Positions 34,077-43,099 of a stretch of 64,000 nt of DNA are shown here, piece after piece (position 1 is the stretch's first letter; the number at the start of each line of letters is the position of its first letter). Below the pieces are notes generated by a model. The model worked only from the letters and a program-made list of their open reading frames with translations. It was not told where the DNA came from and made no database searches. A program made the position numbers and the translations under genes. The DNA comes from Lentisphaerota bacterium (GTDB taxonomy: Bacteria > Verrucomicrobiota > Kiritimatiellia > PWTM01): contig VGWF01000001.1 in the NCBI GenBank assembly GCA_016873715.1, positions 394 through 64,393 of the forward strand. The letters are read 5' to 3'.

Positions 34077-36917
34077 ATGAAAACGCCGATCCTGTTCGCC
34101 GCCCTCCTGGCCGGGGCCTGCGCGGCTGCCGCGCCCCGGCCGCCGAACGTCGTGATCTTCCTCGTCGACGACCTCGGCTACGGCGACCTCGCGTGCCACG
34201 GCAACCCGCACGTGAAGGCGCCGAACATCGACGCGTTCGCGAAGGAGGCGGTCGAGTTCGCGAGCTTCCACGTCAGCCCCGTCTGCGCGCCGACGCGCGC
34301 CTCGCTGATGACCGGGCGCTGGAACTTCCGCACGGGCGTCGCCGACGTGTTCGGCCCGGCCGCGGTCATGGACGCATCCGAGGTCACGCTGGCCGAGCGG
34401 CTGAAGGCCGCGGGCTACGCGACCGGCATCTTCGGAAAGTGGCATCTCGGCGACGCCGGCGGGCATGCGCCCAACGCGCAGGGGTTCGACGAGGCGCTCG
34501 TCCACCGCGGCGCCGCGATGCGGCGGTACTTCGACCCGGTGCTGCTCCACAACGGTCGCGAGGAGCCGCGCACCGGCTACTGCATGGACATCTTCACCGA
34601 AGCGGCGATCGGCTTCATCCGCGCGAATCGCGAGCGGCCGTTCCTGGTCTATCTTCCGGCGAACCTGATCCACACGCCGCTGCAGGTCGCCCCGGAACTG
34701 GCCGCGGAGTTCGACGCGCTCGGAGTTGGCGACAGCACGAAGCGGATCTACGGGATGATCCGCAGCGTCGATGCCAACTTCGGGCGCGTGCGGCGCGTTC
34801 TGCGCGAACTGGACCTGGAGGAGAACACGCTGCAGATCCTCTTCGCCGACAACGGGCCGTGCTCCGGCTCCAACCCGGTCGACCGCCACGCGGCCGGGTT
34901 GCACGGGTTGAAGGGCACGGTCTACGAGAACGGCATCCGAGTGCCCTGCTTCATGCGCTGGCCGGCAGGCTTCCCCGCCCCGGCGACCGTGACGCGGCTG
35001 GCGGCGCACGTCGACATCCTGCCGACGGTGCTCGAGGCCTGCGGCGTCGCGGCGGCCGGCGGCCCGCCGGTCGACGGTCGCAGCCTGCTGCCGCTCCTGC
35101 GCGACCCGGCCGCCGCGTGGTCCGACCGCCTTCTGTTCCTCCAGTGGGACAGTGGTCAGGCGCCGCGCCGGGGCCACGCGTACACGGTGCTGACGGACCG
35201 GTGGAAGCTGGTCCAGCCGTGCGGCATGGACGCGCCGAACCAGAAGCACATCCGCGACCGCTACGCCGAGATGTGCCGGCTGCAGGGCCGCGGCGAGCGC
35301 AGCATCGAAGGGCCGCCGCGATTCGAACTCTATGACCTTGCCGCCGATCCGGGCGAGACGAACGACCTTGCCGCCGCGCACGCGGACGTCGTCGACGCGA
35401 TGAGAGCCCAGTACGACGCATGGTTCTCGGACGTGGCGGCGCGGTGGGCGCAAGCGCCGCCGGTCGCGGCGGCCGGCGCAACGGCGCCGCGGCCGAACAT
35501 CGTGCTGATCCTCGCCGACGACCTCGGCTACGGAGACCCGGGCTGCTACAACCCGAAATCGAAGATCCCGACGCCGAATCTCGACCGGCTGGCGCGCGAG
35601 GGCATCCGCCTGACCGACGCGCACGCGCCTGCGTCCGTATGTTCGCCCACGCGCTACGGGCTGCTCACCGGCCGGTACCCGTGGCGCGACCGGCCGCAGG
35701 GCGGGGCGCTGGGTCCCTGGGCGGCTCCCATCATCGCGCAGGACCGCCTGACGCTGCCGGCGATGCTGAAGCGGCAGGGCTACGCGACCGCATGCATCGG
35801 CAAATGGCACCTCGGCTGGGTGTGGCCGACGAAGGACGGGAAGCCGCCGACCGTCAAGCCGGATAACCTCGGGAACGTCGACTTCACGCGGCCGATTGCG
35901 CAGGGGCCGACCGCGCGCGGCTTCGACAGCTACTTCGGCACCTGCGTGCCGAACTATCCGCCGTACTGCTTCATCGAGAACGACCGCACCGTCGGTCTGC
36001 CCGGCGAGCCGAGCGACGAGTTCGAGTTCCCCGGGCCGAAGCTCCCGGGATGGCGGCAGGTCGACATCCTTCCCGAACTGACCCGGCGGGCCGTCGCGAC
36101 GATCGGGCAGGCGGCGAAGACCAACGTCCCGTTCTTCCTCTACTTCGCGCTGACATCGCCGCATCACCCGCTCGTGCCGGCGTCCGAGTTCCAGGGCGGG
36201 AGCGGGGCCGGCGTCTATGGCGATTTCGTCGTGCAGACCGATTGGACCGTCGGACAGGTGATCGATGCGATCGACCGCGCGGGCATCGCGGGCAACACGC
36301 TGCTGATCGTCACCAGCGACAACGGTCCCGAAATCACGCGGACGAACGCGTTGCGCACCCGGAACGTCATGCCCATCGGCGCCTACGACCGCATCCGCGA
36401 GTACGGCCACGCGAGCATGGGCGACCTGCGCGGCGTGAAGAGCGAGGCGTGGGAGGGCGGCCACCGGGTGCCGTTCGTCGCCCGCTGGCCCGGGCGCATC
36501 CCGGCCGGGACGACCCGCGGCGATCTGCTGTGCCTGACGGACTTGATGGCGACGTTCGCCGCCGCTGCCGGTGCCACGGTGCCCGCGGGGGCGGGGGAGG
36601 ACAGCTTCGATGCGCTGCCGCTGTTGGTCGGCGGCAAGGGCACGCGCGACAGCGCCATCCTGCAGAGCGCGCGCACGGCTCTGGCCGTGCGAAGCGGCGA
36701 CTGGGTCTACATCAATGCCGCAGCCGGCGTGAACCCGGAGCCCGACGAGATCATGCAGGCGCGCGGCTACACGACCAACGCGATGCCGGACCAGCTGTAC
36801 CGACTGTCGGACGACCTGTCGCAGACGCGAAACCTCGTCGCCGAACACCCCGGGAAGGCCGCCGAGCTGAAGGCGCTTCTCGGGACGATCCGTGCCCGTG
36901 GCCGCCACGCGCCGTGA
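34077..36917 (+). CDS. Tandem di-domain sulfatase: two complete sulfatase domains in one polypeptide (CAPTRASLMTGR and CSPTRYGLLTGR).
   Basis: Two 'DDLGYGD' N-termini and two FGly motifs; the second domain is paralogous to the 16667 sulfatase. Confidence 0.85.
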   Translation: MKTPILFAALLAGACAAAAPRPPNVVIFLVDDLGYGDLACHGNPHVKAPNIDAFAKEAVEFASFHVSPVCAPTRASLMTGRWNFRTGVADVFGPAAVMDASEVTLAERLKAAGYATGIFGKWHLGDAGGHAPNAQGFDEALVHRGAAMRRYFDPVLLHNGREEPRTGYCMDIFTEAAIGFIRANRERPFLVYLPANLIHTPLQVAPELAAEFDALGVGDSTKRIYGMIRSVDANFGRVRRVLRELDLEENTLQILFADNGPCSGSNPVDRHAAGLHGLKGTVYENGIRVPCFMRWPAGFPAPATVTRLAAHVDILPTVLEACGVAAAGGPPVDGRSLLPLLRDPAAAWSDRLLFLQWDSGQAPRRGHAYTVLTDRWKLVQPCGMDAPNQKHIRDRYAEMCRLQGRGERSIEGPPRFELYDLAADPGETNDLAAAHADVVDAMRAQYDAWFSDVAARWAQAPPVAAAGATAPRPNIVLILADDLGYGDPGCYNPKSKIPTPNLDRLAREGIRLTDAHAPASVCSPTRYGLLTGRYPWRDRPQGGALGPWAAPIIAQDRLTLPAMLKRQGYATACIGKWHLGWVWPTKDGKPPTVKPDNLGNVDFTRPIAQGPTARGFDSYFGTCVPNYPPYCFIENDRTVGLPGEPSDEFEFPGPKLPGWRQVDILPELTRRAVATIGQAAKTNVPFFLYFALTSPHHPLVPASEFQGGSGAGVYGDFVVQTDWTVGQVIDAIDRAGIAGNTLLIVTSDNGPEITRTNALRTRNVMPIGAYDRIREYGHASMGDLRGVKSEAWEGGHRVPFVARWPGRIPAGTTRGDLLCLTDLMATFAAAAGATVPAGAGEDSFDALPLLVGGKGTRDSAILQSARTALAVRSGDWVYINAAAGVNPEPDEIMQARGYTTNAMPDQLYRLSDDLSQTRNLVAEHPGKAAELKALLGTIRARGRHAP

Positions 36918-36961
36918 GGCCGGGCGCGCGACCGGATCGTGCGCAACACCCGGGAGGGTCG

Positions 36962-36986
36962 CGCTCCGCGCGACCGGGGTGGCGCG
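36962..36986. repeat. REP-like palindrome GGGAGGGTCGCGCTCCGCGCGACCG (copy 2).
   Basis: Identical to copy 3. It lies between the convergent genes ending at 36917 (+) and 37112 (-). Confidence 0.7.
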
Positions 36987-37071
36987 GGGGCAGCGCGGCG
37001 GCCGCACCACGCGCCGCTGCGCGTCGAGTGGCAGGCGGAGTGCGGCTCTCCAAAAAGCGTTGGGAGGGTCG

Positions 37072-37096
37072 CGCTCCGCGCGACCGGTGGTTGGAT
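37072..37096. repeat. REP-like palindrome GGGAGGGTCGCGCTCCGCGCGACCG (copy 3).
   Basis: 110 bp downstream of copy 2, in the same convergent intergenic region. Confidence 0.7.
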
Positions 37097-37111
37097 CAGG
37101 TGCGGCTTACG

Positions 37112-39511
37112 TCAGGGCCCGCCGGCCGTCGTCCCCGCCTCGACCATGACCGTCCGCAAGAGGCCGCCGTCGGTGCGGAAGGTGACGGCGCCACGGTAGC
37201 GGGGGCGGTCGCGGCCGTCGTCGGCGATCGACACGCGCACGGTCGCAGGCTTCCCGTCCGCCGCGCCACGGTCCGGAGTGCACGTCAGCCACGGGCTGTT
37301 GGGATGGGCGCTCCACGAGGCGCCGGCCGCCGCCGGGATCACGACGCGCAACTCGCCTTCAACGCGCCCGCCCTTCGCCGGGGGCGCCAGCACGGTGCGC
37401 AGCGGCAGAACGCTGAGGCCATGGGGACGTGGCGGGAAGTCGGGTCCGTCGAGGCCGCTCTCGAGCGCGCCCATGTCCGGGGCCGCGCCGGCGAAGGCGT
37501 CGTTGAGGCCCGGCAGGCGGACGCCCGCGTCGAGGCCCGGCGATCCCGGGGCCAGCCGGAGATCCCCCTGCGCGGCCGCGACGAAGACCGGGGCGGACGT
37601 CACGGCATGCCGCTCGCCGCCGCCGGCCAGCTTCACGCCGCCGCGCGCGGTGAGGTCGTGGTCGAAGTCGTTGCGCGGGTCGGTGGACACGTTGGTCACG
37701 TCGCCCCCTCCGTCGCCGGCGAAGACGTTGTTGCGCGAGCGGGCGACGTAGGCGCCCCGGTTGCGGTCGTTGCCGAAGCCGACGCTGCGCAGGCCGCCGC
37801 CGGGGCCGTGGATCGTGTTGTGGACGATCACGTTCATCCCGGGCGACTGTGAGGCTCCGCCCATCTTGAACGCGGAGCCCGTCTTGCCGCGCTCCTCGCC
37901 CAGGCCGGCGATGAGGTTGCGGAAGACGTACGAGGGGCCGGCGCGGTTCGGCGCACAGCTCACGCCGCAGAGGGCGCGGTCGATCCAGTTGTGCCAGTAG
38001 CGGACGTTGATCTGCCCGCCGTCGAGCTCGGTGCCGTCGTCGTTGCTGAAGGCCAGCACGTTGCCGTGGATGTCCGTGTCGCGGTAGGGACCGCCGCTGA
38101 CCTCGCCGTTGGCGATGCTCTCGATCGCATCGTTCCACCAGCGCGCCTCGCAGCCGACGATGTCGTTCCGGCGGAGCACGTGGTTGCCGCCGGTGCGGTC
38201 GAGGATGATGCCCTGCGGCCCGGCCGGATGTCCGAACTCCCACGAGTTCGCGGTGCCTCGCGGGGCGTGGAGGAAGCAGTCCTCGACCACGATGCGGGTG
38301 CTGCCGTCGCAGACGCGGATGCCCGCCTGGAAGTTGATCACGCGCCCGCGTGCGTCGACGTACAGTCCGTCGGAAAGCCCGGCCTTCCGCGTGCCGGGAT
38401 CGCCCCAGCCGGCGACGTCGCAGCGGCGCACGCGAATCGAATCGGACTTCGCGATGCGGACCGCGTCGCGCCGGCCGCCGCGGATCGTGAAGCCCTCGAC
38501 CACGACGTACGCGGCGCCCTCGATCCGCACCGCGTGGTCGGTGTTCGTGCCCGCGTCGACCGGTGCGGCACCGGACGCGGGGCGGTAGGCGATCCATCCA
38601 TCGGGCCGGCCCTTCGCGTCGATCAGGATCCCGCCGTCGGGCCCGGGTGAGGGCAGGGGGCGGATCTCGGCGACGGGGACGTCCTCCCGCCAGGTCCGGG
38701 TCTCGAGTCGCAGGACGGACGAAGCCGGCTTCGCAGCGGCCGATGTGTCGATGAGGCGGCATTCGATCTGGTAGGCGGTGTCGGGGCGCAGGCCGAAGAT
38801 GGAGCCGCGGAACTGTCGGTCGGCCGCGCAGGGTTCGAGGTTCATGCCTTCGATCCATTCCTGTGCGCCCGTGGCGCGGTGGCGAACGGCGCAGGCGGCG
38901 GTCCCGGAGACCCCGCCGCGGACGTCGACGCACAGTCCCGCGCATTCGAAGGTGGGGACGGCCTGGCCGCCGGCGATGGACGGCGGTCCCGCCTCCGCCA
39001 GTTGCACGTCGCGGAACCAAACGGTCTGGCCGAGCGTGTCCGCGCGCTGCCGGAAGCGGCAGAGGATCTCGATCTCGTCCGCATCGTCGCCGGAGAAGGC
39101 GGCCTCGACGACGGTCCAGTCGGGGCCGCATCGTGGCTCCGCGGTGACGCGGCGTTGCTCGCGTCCGCCGCGGTGGAGCTTCACCTGGAGATGGGCGATT
39201 CCGGACTTGGTGCCGCGAATCTGTCCCGCAAGCACGTAGGCGCGGCCGGGCTGGAGGACCTTCACGCGCTGGACGATCTGTCCGTCGTTCTCCGCCGCGC
39301 GGCCGATGTCGACCCGCAGCGCCCCCTCCGCGGCATCCCCCGAGACCTTGTGTCCCGTGTCCACGATGCGCCACCCCGCGGGTGCGGCGGCCGGGGTGTC
39401 CCATGTCCGGAACGAGCCGTTGCGGACGAGGTTGGTTTCGCCGGCCGCCGTTCCGGCGGCCGCGACCAGCAGCAGGGGGATCAGTGCACGGCGGGTGAAC
39501 GTCTGTCTCAT
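37112..39511 (-). CDS. Right-handed beta-helix protein (pectate-lyase-like/polysaccharide lyase fold) with an N-terminal CBM-like domain.
   Basis: Signal peptide, CBM-like 'LVRNGSFRTW', then beta-helix repeats ('NVIVHNTIHG', 'RNNVFAGDGGG'). ATG at 39511..39509. Confidence 0.75.
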   Translation of the reverse strand: MRQTFTRRALIPLLLVAAAGTAAGETNLVRNGSFRTWDTPAAAPAGWRIVDTGHKVSGDAAEGALRVDIGRAAENDGQIVQRVKVLQPGRAYVLAGQIRGTKSGIAHLQVKLHRGGREQRRVTAEPRCGPDWTVVEAAFSGDDADEIEILCRFRQRADTLGQTVWFRDVQLAEAGPPSIAGGQAVPTFECAGLCVDVRGGVSGTAACAVRHRATGAQEWIEGMNLEPCAADRQFRGSIFGLRPDTAYQIECRLIDTSAAAKPASSVLRLETRTWREDVPVAEIRPLPSPGPDGGILIDAKGRPDGWIAYRPASGAAPVDAGTNTDHAVRIEGAAYVVVEGFTIRGGRRDAVRIAKSDSIRVRRCDVAGWGDPGTRKAGLSDGLYVDARGRVINFQAGIRVCDGSTRIVVEDCFLHAPRGTANSWEFGHPAGPQGIILDRTGGNHVLRRNDIVGCEARWWNDAIESIANGEVSGGPYRDTDIHGNVLAFSNDDGTELDGGQINVRYWHNWIDRALCGVSCAPNRAGPSYVFRNLIAGLGEERGKTGSAFKMGGASQSPGMNVIVHNTIHGPGGGLRSVGFGNDRNRGAYVARSRNNVFAGDGGGDVTNVSTDPRNDFDHDLTARGGVKLAGGGERHAVTSAPVFVAAAQGDLRLAPGSPGLDAGVRLPGLNDAFAGAAPDMGALESGLDGPDFPPRPHGLSVLPLRTVLAPPAKGGRVEGELRVVIPAAAGASWSAHPNSPWLTCTPDRGAADGKPATVRVSIADDGRDRPRYRGAVTFRTDGGLLRTVMVEAGTTAGGP

Positions 39512-39796
39512 GTCGCCCAAAATGGAGGGAATGATCTGGAAATGCAAGGGCCGGTCCGGACCGCAGATCATCGGCCCCGCATCGGAGATCAAGGACGGGG
39601 GCGCTCCGAGGGCCGGCTGCGCGGCGCCGACGGAGCGGCGCCCTCCAGGGGCATCTGCCGCGCGTCGATGGTTCGTCCTGATTGCTTCACGCGGGCCGCG
39701 CCCGCGGGCGCGGTGACCGCCGGGAACCGGGGCGGGGGGCCCCTTGCCGACTCATAGGCTTTGACGGATGGCGCGGTGCGGGTGCAGAGTGAGCCG

Positions 39797-41302
39797 ATGA
39801 AAGCATGGGTACTGTGCCTCTTCCTCGCGGTCGCCGTCTCCGCCGCCGCCGCGCCGCGTCCGAACATCCTGTGGTTCGTCGTCGACGACATGTCGGCCGA
39901 CTTCGGGTGTTACGGGCAGACGCTGATCCGGACGCCGCACGTCGACCGCCTGGCGCGCGAGGGGGTGCGCTTCACGCGCGCCTACATCACGGCGCCGGTC
40001 TGTTCGCCGTCCCGCTCCGCGATGATCACGGGCATGTACCAGACGACGATCGGGGCTCACCACCACCGCAGCGGGCGGGGTCAGCTCAAAATCCACCTGC
40101 CCGACGGCATCGAGCCCGTGCCCGCGCTGTTCCGGAAGGCCGGGTACTGGACCTGCATCGGCAGCGGCCTGCCGGGGTTCGACCACCGTGGCGTCGCCGT
40201 GCCGGCGCCGAAGGGGAAGGCGGCGGCGGCGGATCCGAAGGGGCGTCTCGGCAAGACCGACTACAACTTCGAGTGGGATGCCTCGATCTACGACGGGGCG
40301 GACTGGGCGGGCCGCGGGAAGGACCAGCCGTTCTTCATGCAGGTGCAGCTCCACGGCGGGAAGCTGCGGGCCGACAGCCTCGAGGGCAACCGGGCGCTCG
40401 CGCAGCGAGCGCGGGAGGAACTCGGGTCGGCGGTCGATCCGACGGCCGTCGCGCTGCCCCCGTACTACCCGCGCGACCCGGTGCTGCTGGAGGACTGGGC
40501 GGCCTACCTCGACAGCGTGCGGCTGACCGACGCGCACGTCGGGCGCGTGCTGGAGCGGCTGGAGAAGGAAGGGATGCTGGAGTCGACGCTCGTCCTGTTC
40601 ATGACCGACCACGGCATCAGCCACGCGCGCGGGAAGCAGTTCCTCTACGACGAGGGCGCGCACATCCCGTTCGTCGTGCGCGGTCCCGGGCTGCCGCGCG
40701 GCGCGGTCCGCGAGGATCTCGTCGAGCACCTCGACATGGCGGCGCTCTCGCTCGCCGCCGCCGGGATCCCGATCCCCGCCGGCATGCAGGCCCGCGATGT
40801 GTTCGCGAAGGACTACCGTCCGCGCGAGGCGGTCTTCGCGGCGCGCGACCGGTGCGACGAGACCGTCGAGCGCATCCGCAGCGTCCGCACCGACCGCTAC
40901 CTCTACATCCGCAATTTCCTCCCGAAGCGCCCGCACCTGCAGCCGAACGCGTACAAGGACAAGAAGGCGATCGTCGTCGCCCTGCGCGCCGCGCACGCCG
41001 CCGGGACGCTGCCGGAGGTCTCCGAGCGGCTGCTGTTCGCGCCCGAGCGCCCCGCGGAGGAACTCTACGAGTACGGGAAAGACCGCTGGCAGGTGACCAA
41101 TCTCGCCGCGGATCCGGCCCACCGCGCGGCGCTGGAGGATCACCGCGCGAGGCTCGACCGCTGGATCGCGGAGTCGCGCGACCGCGGCCCCGAGTCGGAG
41201 GCGATGTACGACAGCGACATGGCCGAGTACCTGAAGCGGCCCAACCCGGACGTCGAGCGGAACATCGCGCTCATGAAGCGGTGGGCGGCGGAGGGGAAGT
41301 AG
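39797..41302 (+). CDS. Sulfatase (CSPSRSAMITGM).
   Basis: Signal peptide MKAWVLCLFLAVAVSAAAA; sulfatase motifs. Confidence 0.85.
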   Translation: MKAWVLCLFLAVAVSAAAAPRPNILWFVVDDMSADFGCYGQTLIRTPHVDRLAREGVRFTRAYITAPVCSPSRSAMITGMYQTTIGAHHHRSGRGQLKIHLPDGIEPVPALFRKAGYWTCIGSGLPGFDHRGVAVPAPKGKAAAADPKGRLGKTDYNFEWDASIYDGADWAGRGKDQPFFMQVQLHGGKLRADSLEGNRALAQRAREELGSAVDPTAVALPPYYPRDPVLLEDWAAYLDSVRLTDAHVGRVLERLEKEGMLESTLVLFMTDHGISHARGKQFLYDEGAHIPFVVRGPGLPRGAVREDLVEHLDMAALSLAAAGIPIPAGMQARDVFAKDYRPREAVFAARDRCDETVERIRSVRTDRYLYIRNFLPKRPHLQPNAYKDKKAIVVALRAAHAAGTLPEVSERLLFAPERPAEELYEYGKDRWQVTNLAADPAHRAALEDHRARLDRWIAESRDRGPESEAMYDSDMAEYLKRPNPDVERNIALMKRWAAEGK

Positions 41303-41333
41303 GACCCGCTGCGGCGGCGCGCGGGCGGGGCGG

Positions 41334-42914
41334 TCACGCTTCGCCGCGGAGTTCGCACAGCGAGGCGTCGATCTTCCCGAGGACCACGCGTCGGACCACG
41401 AAGAGATCCTCGGCCATCGCGAGCGACCCCAGGTACCGGCGCAGGCGGCTGGGATTCCGGCGGCGGATGCCCGCGAGCTGCGCCCAGTAGCGCCACCGGC
41501 AGGGGGCGATCACGCCCAGCTGCCAGGACAGGCGCGCGAAGAGCTCGACGTCGCGCCAGCGGATTCGGGCCTGCGGACGGCGCGGGTCGGCGTCCTTGAC
41601 GCCCGCGGCGGCGCGCAGCGCGGCGCGGGTCGGCCGCATCCGCAGGTGGTACCGGTAGGCCCGCGCCAGGAGATCGGAGGGTTCCATCAGCCGCGTCCAG
41701 AGGCCGCGGTAGCCGGCCAGGACGTCGGCCGCCGGCCGCGAGGGGCGGTAGGCGAGGCGGCCGATCGTCGTGTTGCCCTGATCCGTGCCTCCGGTCTCCA
41801 GAAGGCGGCCCTCCCGCGCGAGCCGTTGCCACAGGCGCGTGTTGGGCAGCGGGACGAGCAGGTTGAGCACGATCTGCGGAAGGTCGGTGGCCGCGACGAA
41901 TTCCTCGATCCGCCGCTCGGCGTCCGGCGATTCGCCATCCAGCCCGAGCACGAAGCTGCCCACCACGTTGAGCCCGTTGGCCCCCATGGCGTTGACGGAC
42001 TCCTCCATCGATCCGCGGACGTTCTGGTGCTTCCCGGCCTGCTGGAGGGCGTTGTCGTCCAGGGTTTCGATGCCGACGAAGACGGTGGAGAAGTTCGCCT
42101 CGGTCATGCGGTCGATGAGGTCCCGGTCGCGGCCCAGCCGGATCGACGCCTGCGTCCAGAACACGAACGGTTCGCCGTGCGCCTTCATCCACGGGATGAG
42201 CCGGTCGAGGAGGGCGCGCGCGCGCGGCGGGCTGCCGATGAAGTTGTCGTCGCTGATGAAGACCTCGTGCCGCCACCCGAGCCGGTACAGCTGCTCCAGC
42301 TCGGCGATGACCTGGTCGGGCGTCTTGTGCCGCGGCCTGCGGCCCAGGAGAGCCACCACGTCGCAGAACTCGCAGTCGTGGGGGCACCCGCGGGAGGTCT
42401 GGACGGCCATCGCGCCGTAGTCCTCCATCCGGACGAGATCGAAGCGCGGCACCGGCGAGTCGGCCAGGTCGGGCCGCTCGGCCGCCTCGAGGACGATCCC
42501 GGAACGCCCCGATGCGAGGGCCTCCAGGAGCGCCGGGACCAGCGCCTCGGCCTCGCCGCGGAGGACGATGTCGCTTCCGGCCGCAAGCATCGCGTCGGTC
42601 AGCGAACTCGTCGCGGGGCCGCCGGCGACGACCCTCTTCCCGCGCGCGCGGGCCCCGCGGATGAGCGCGAGCAGGCCCTCCTTCTGGACGAGCATGCCCG
42701 AGACCATCACCACGTCCGCCCAAGTCCAGTCCGCCTCCGGAGTGGGCCGGGCGTTCTCGTCCGCGAGCCGGATCTGCCAGTCGCGCGGCAGCAGCGCGGC
42801 GACGGTGAGCAGGCCGAGCGGGGGGATGAGCGTCTTCCACCCGCTTTGCCGGCACAGCCGGTCGAGGCTCCAGTAGGAGTACGGGAACCCCGGATGGACC
42901 ATCAGGACCTTCAC
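41334..42914 (-). CDS. B12-binding-domain radical SAM protein (CPHDCEFC cluster motif after an N-terminal cobalamin-binding-like domain).
   Basis: The GTG at 42914 is preceded by 'ggaagga' (alternative ATG at 42950). CxxxCxxC lies ~190 aa into the protein and there is no SPASM-type arrangement. Confidence 0.8.
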   Translation of the reverse strand: MKVLMVHPGFPYSYWSLDRLCRQSGWKTLIPPLGLLTVAALLPRDWQIRLADENARPTPEADWTWADVVMVSGMLVQKEGLLALIRGARARGKRVVAGGPATSSLTDAMLAAGSDIVLRGEAEALVPALLEALASGRSGIVLEAAERPDLADSPVPRFDLVRMEDYGAMAVQTSRGCPHDCEFCDVVALLGRRPRHKTPDQVIAELEQLYRLGWRHEVFISDDNFIGSPPRARALLDRLIPWMKAHGEPFVFWTQASIRLGRDRDLIDRMTEANFSTVFVGIETLDDNALQQAGKHQNVRGSMEESVNAMGANGLNVVGSFVLGLDGESPDAERRIEEFVAATDLPQIVLNLLVPLPNTRLWQRLAREGRLLETGGTDQGNTTIGRLAYRPSRPAADVLAGYRGLWTRLMEPSDLLARAYRYHLRMRPTRAALRAAAGVKDADPRRPQARIRWRDVELFARLSWQLGVIAPCRWRYWAQLAGIRRRNPSRLRRYLGSLAMAEDLFVVRRVVLGKIDASLCELRGEA

Positions 42915-43099
42915 GCGTCGTTCATCCTTCCGCCATCGGCATGCGCGCATGGTAGGCTTCTGACGCTCCGCACTCAAACCCCCTTTTGGCGCCCGGGGTC
43001 CCCCGGGGCGCCGACAATAAAGCCCGCACCGGGCCGTTTGCTCCTATGGCCTCGGCGCCGGCCGGTCCGGGCCGCCGGAACCACGGGAGATCGAACAGC

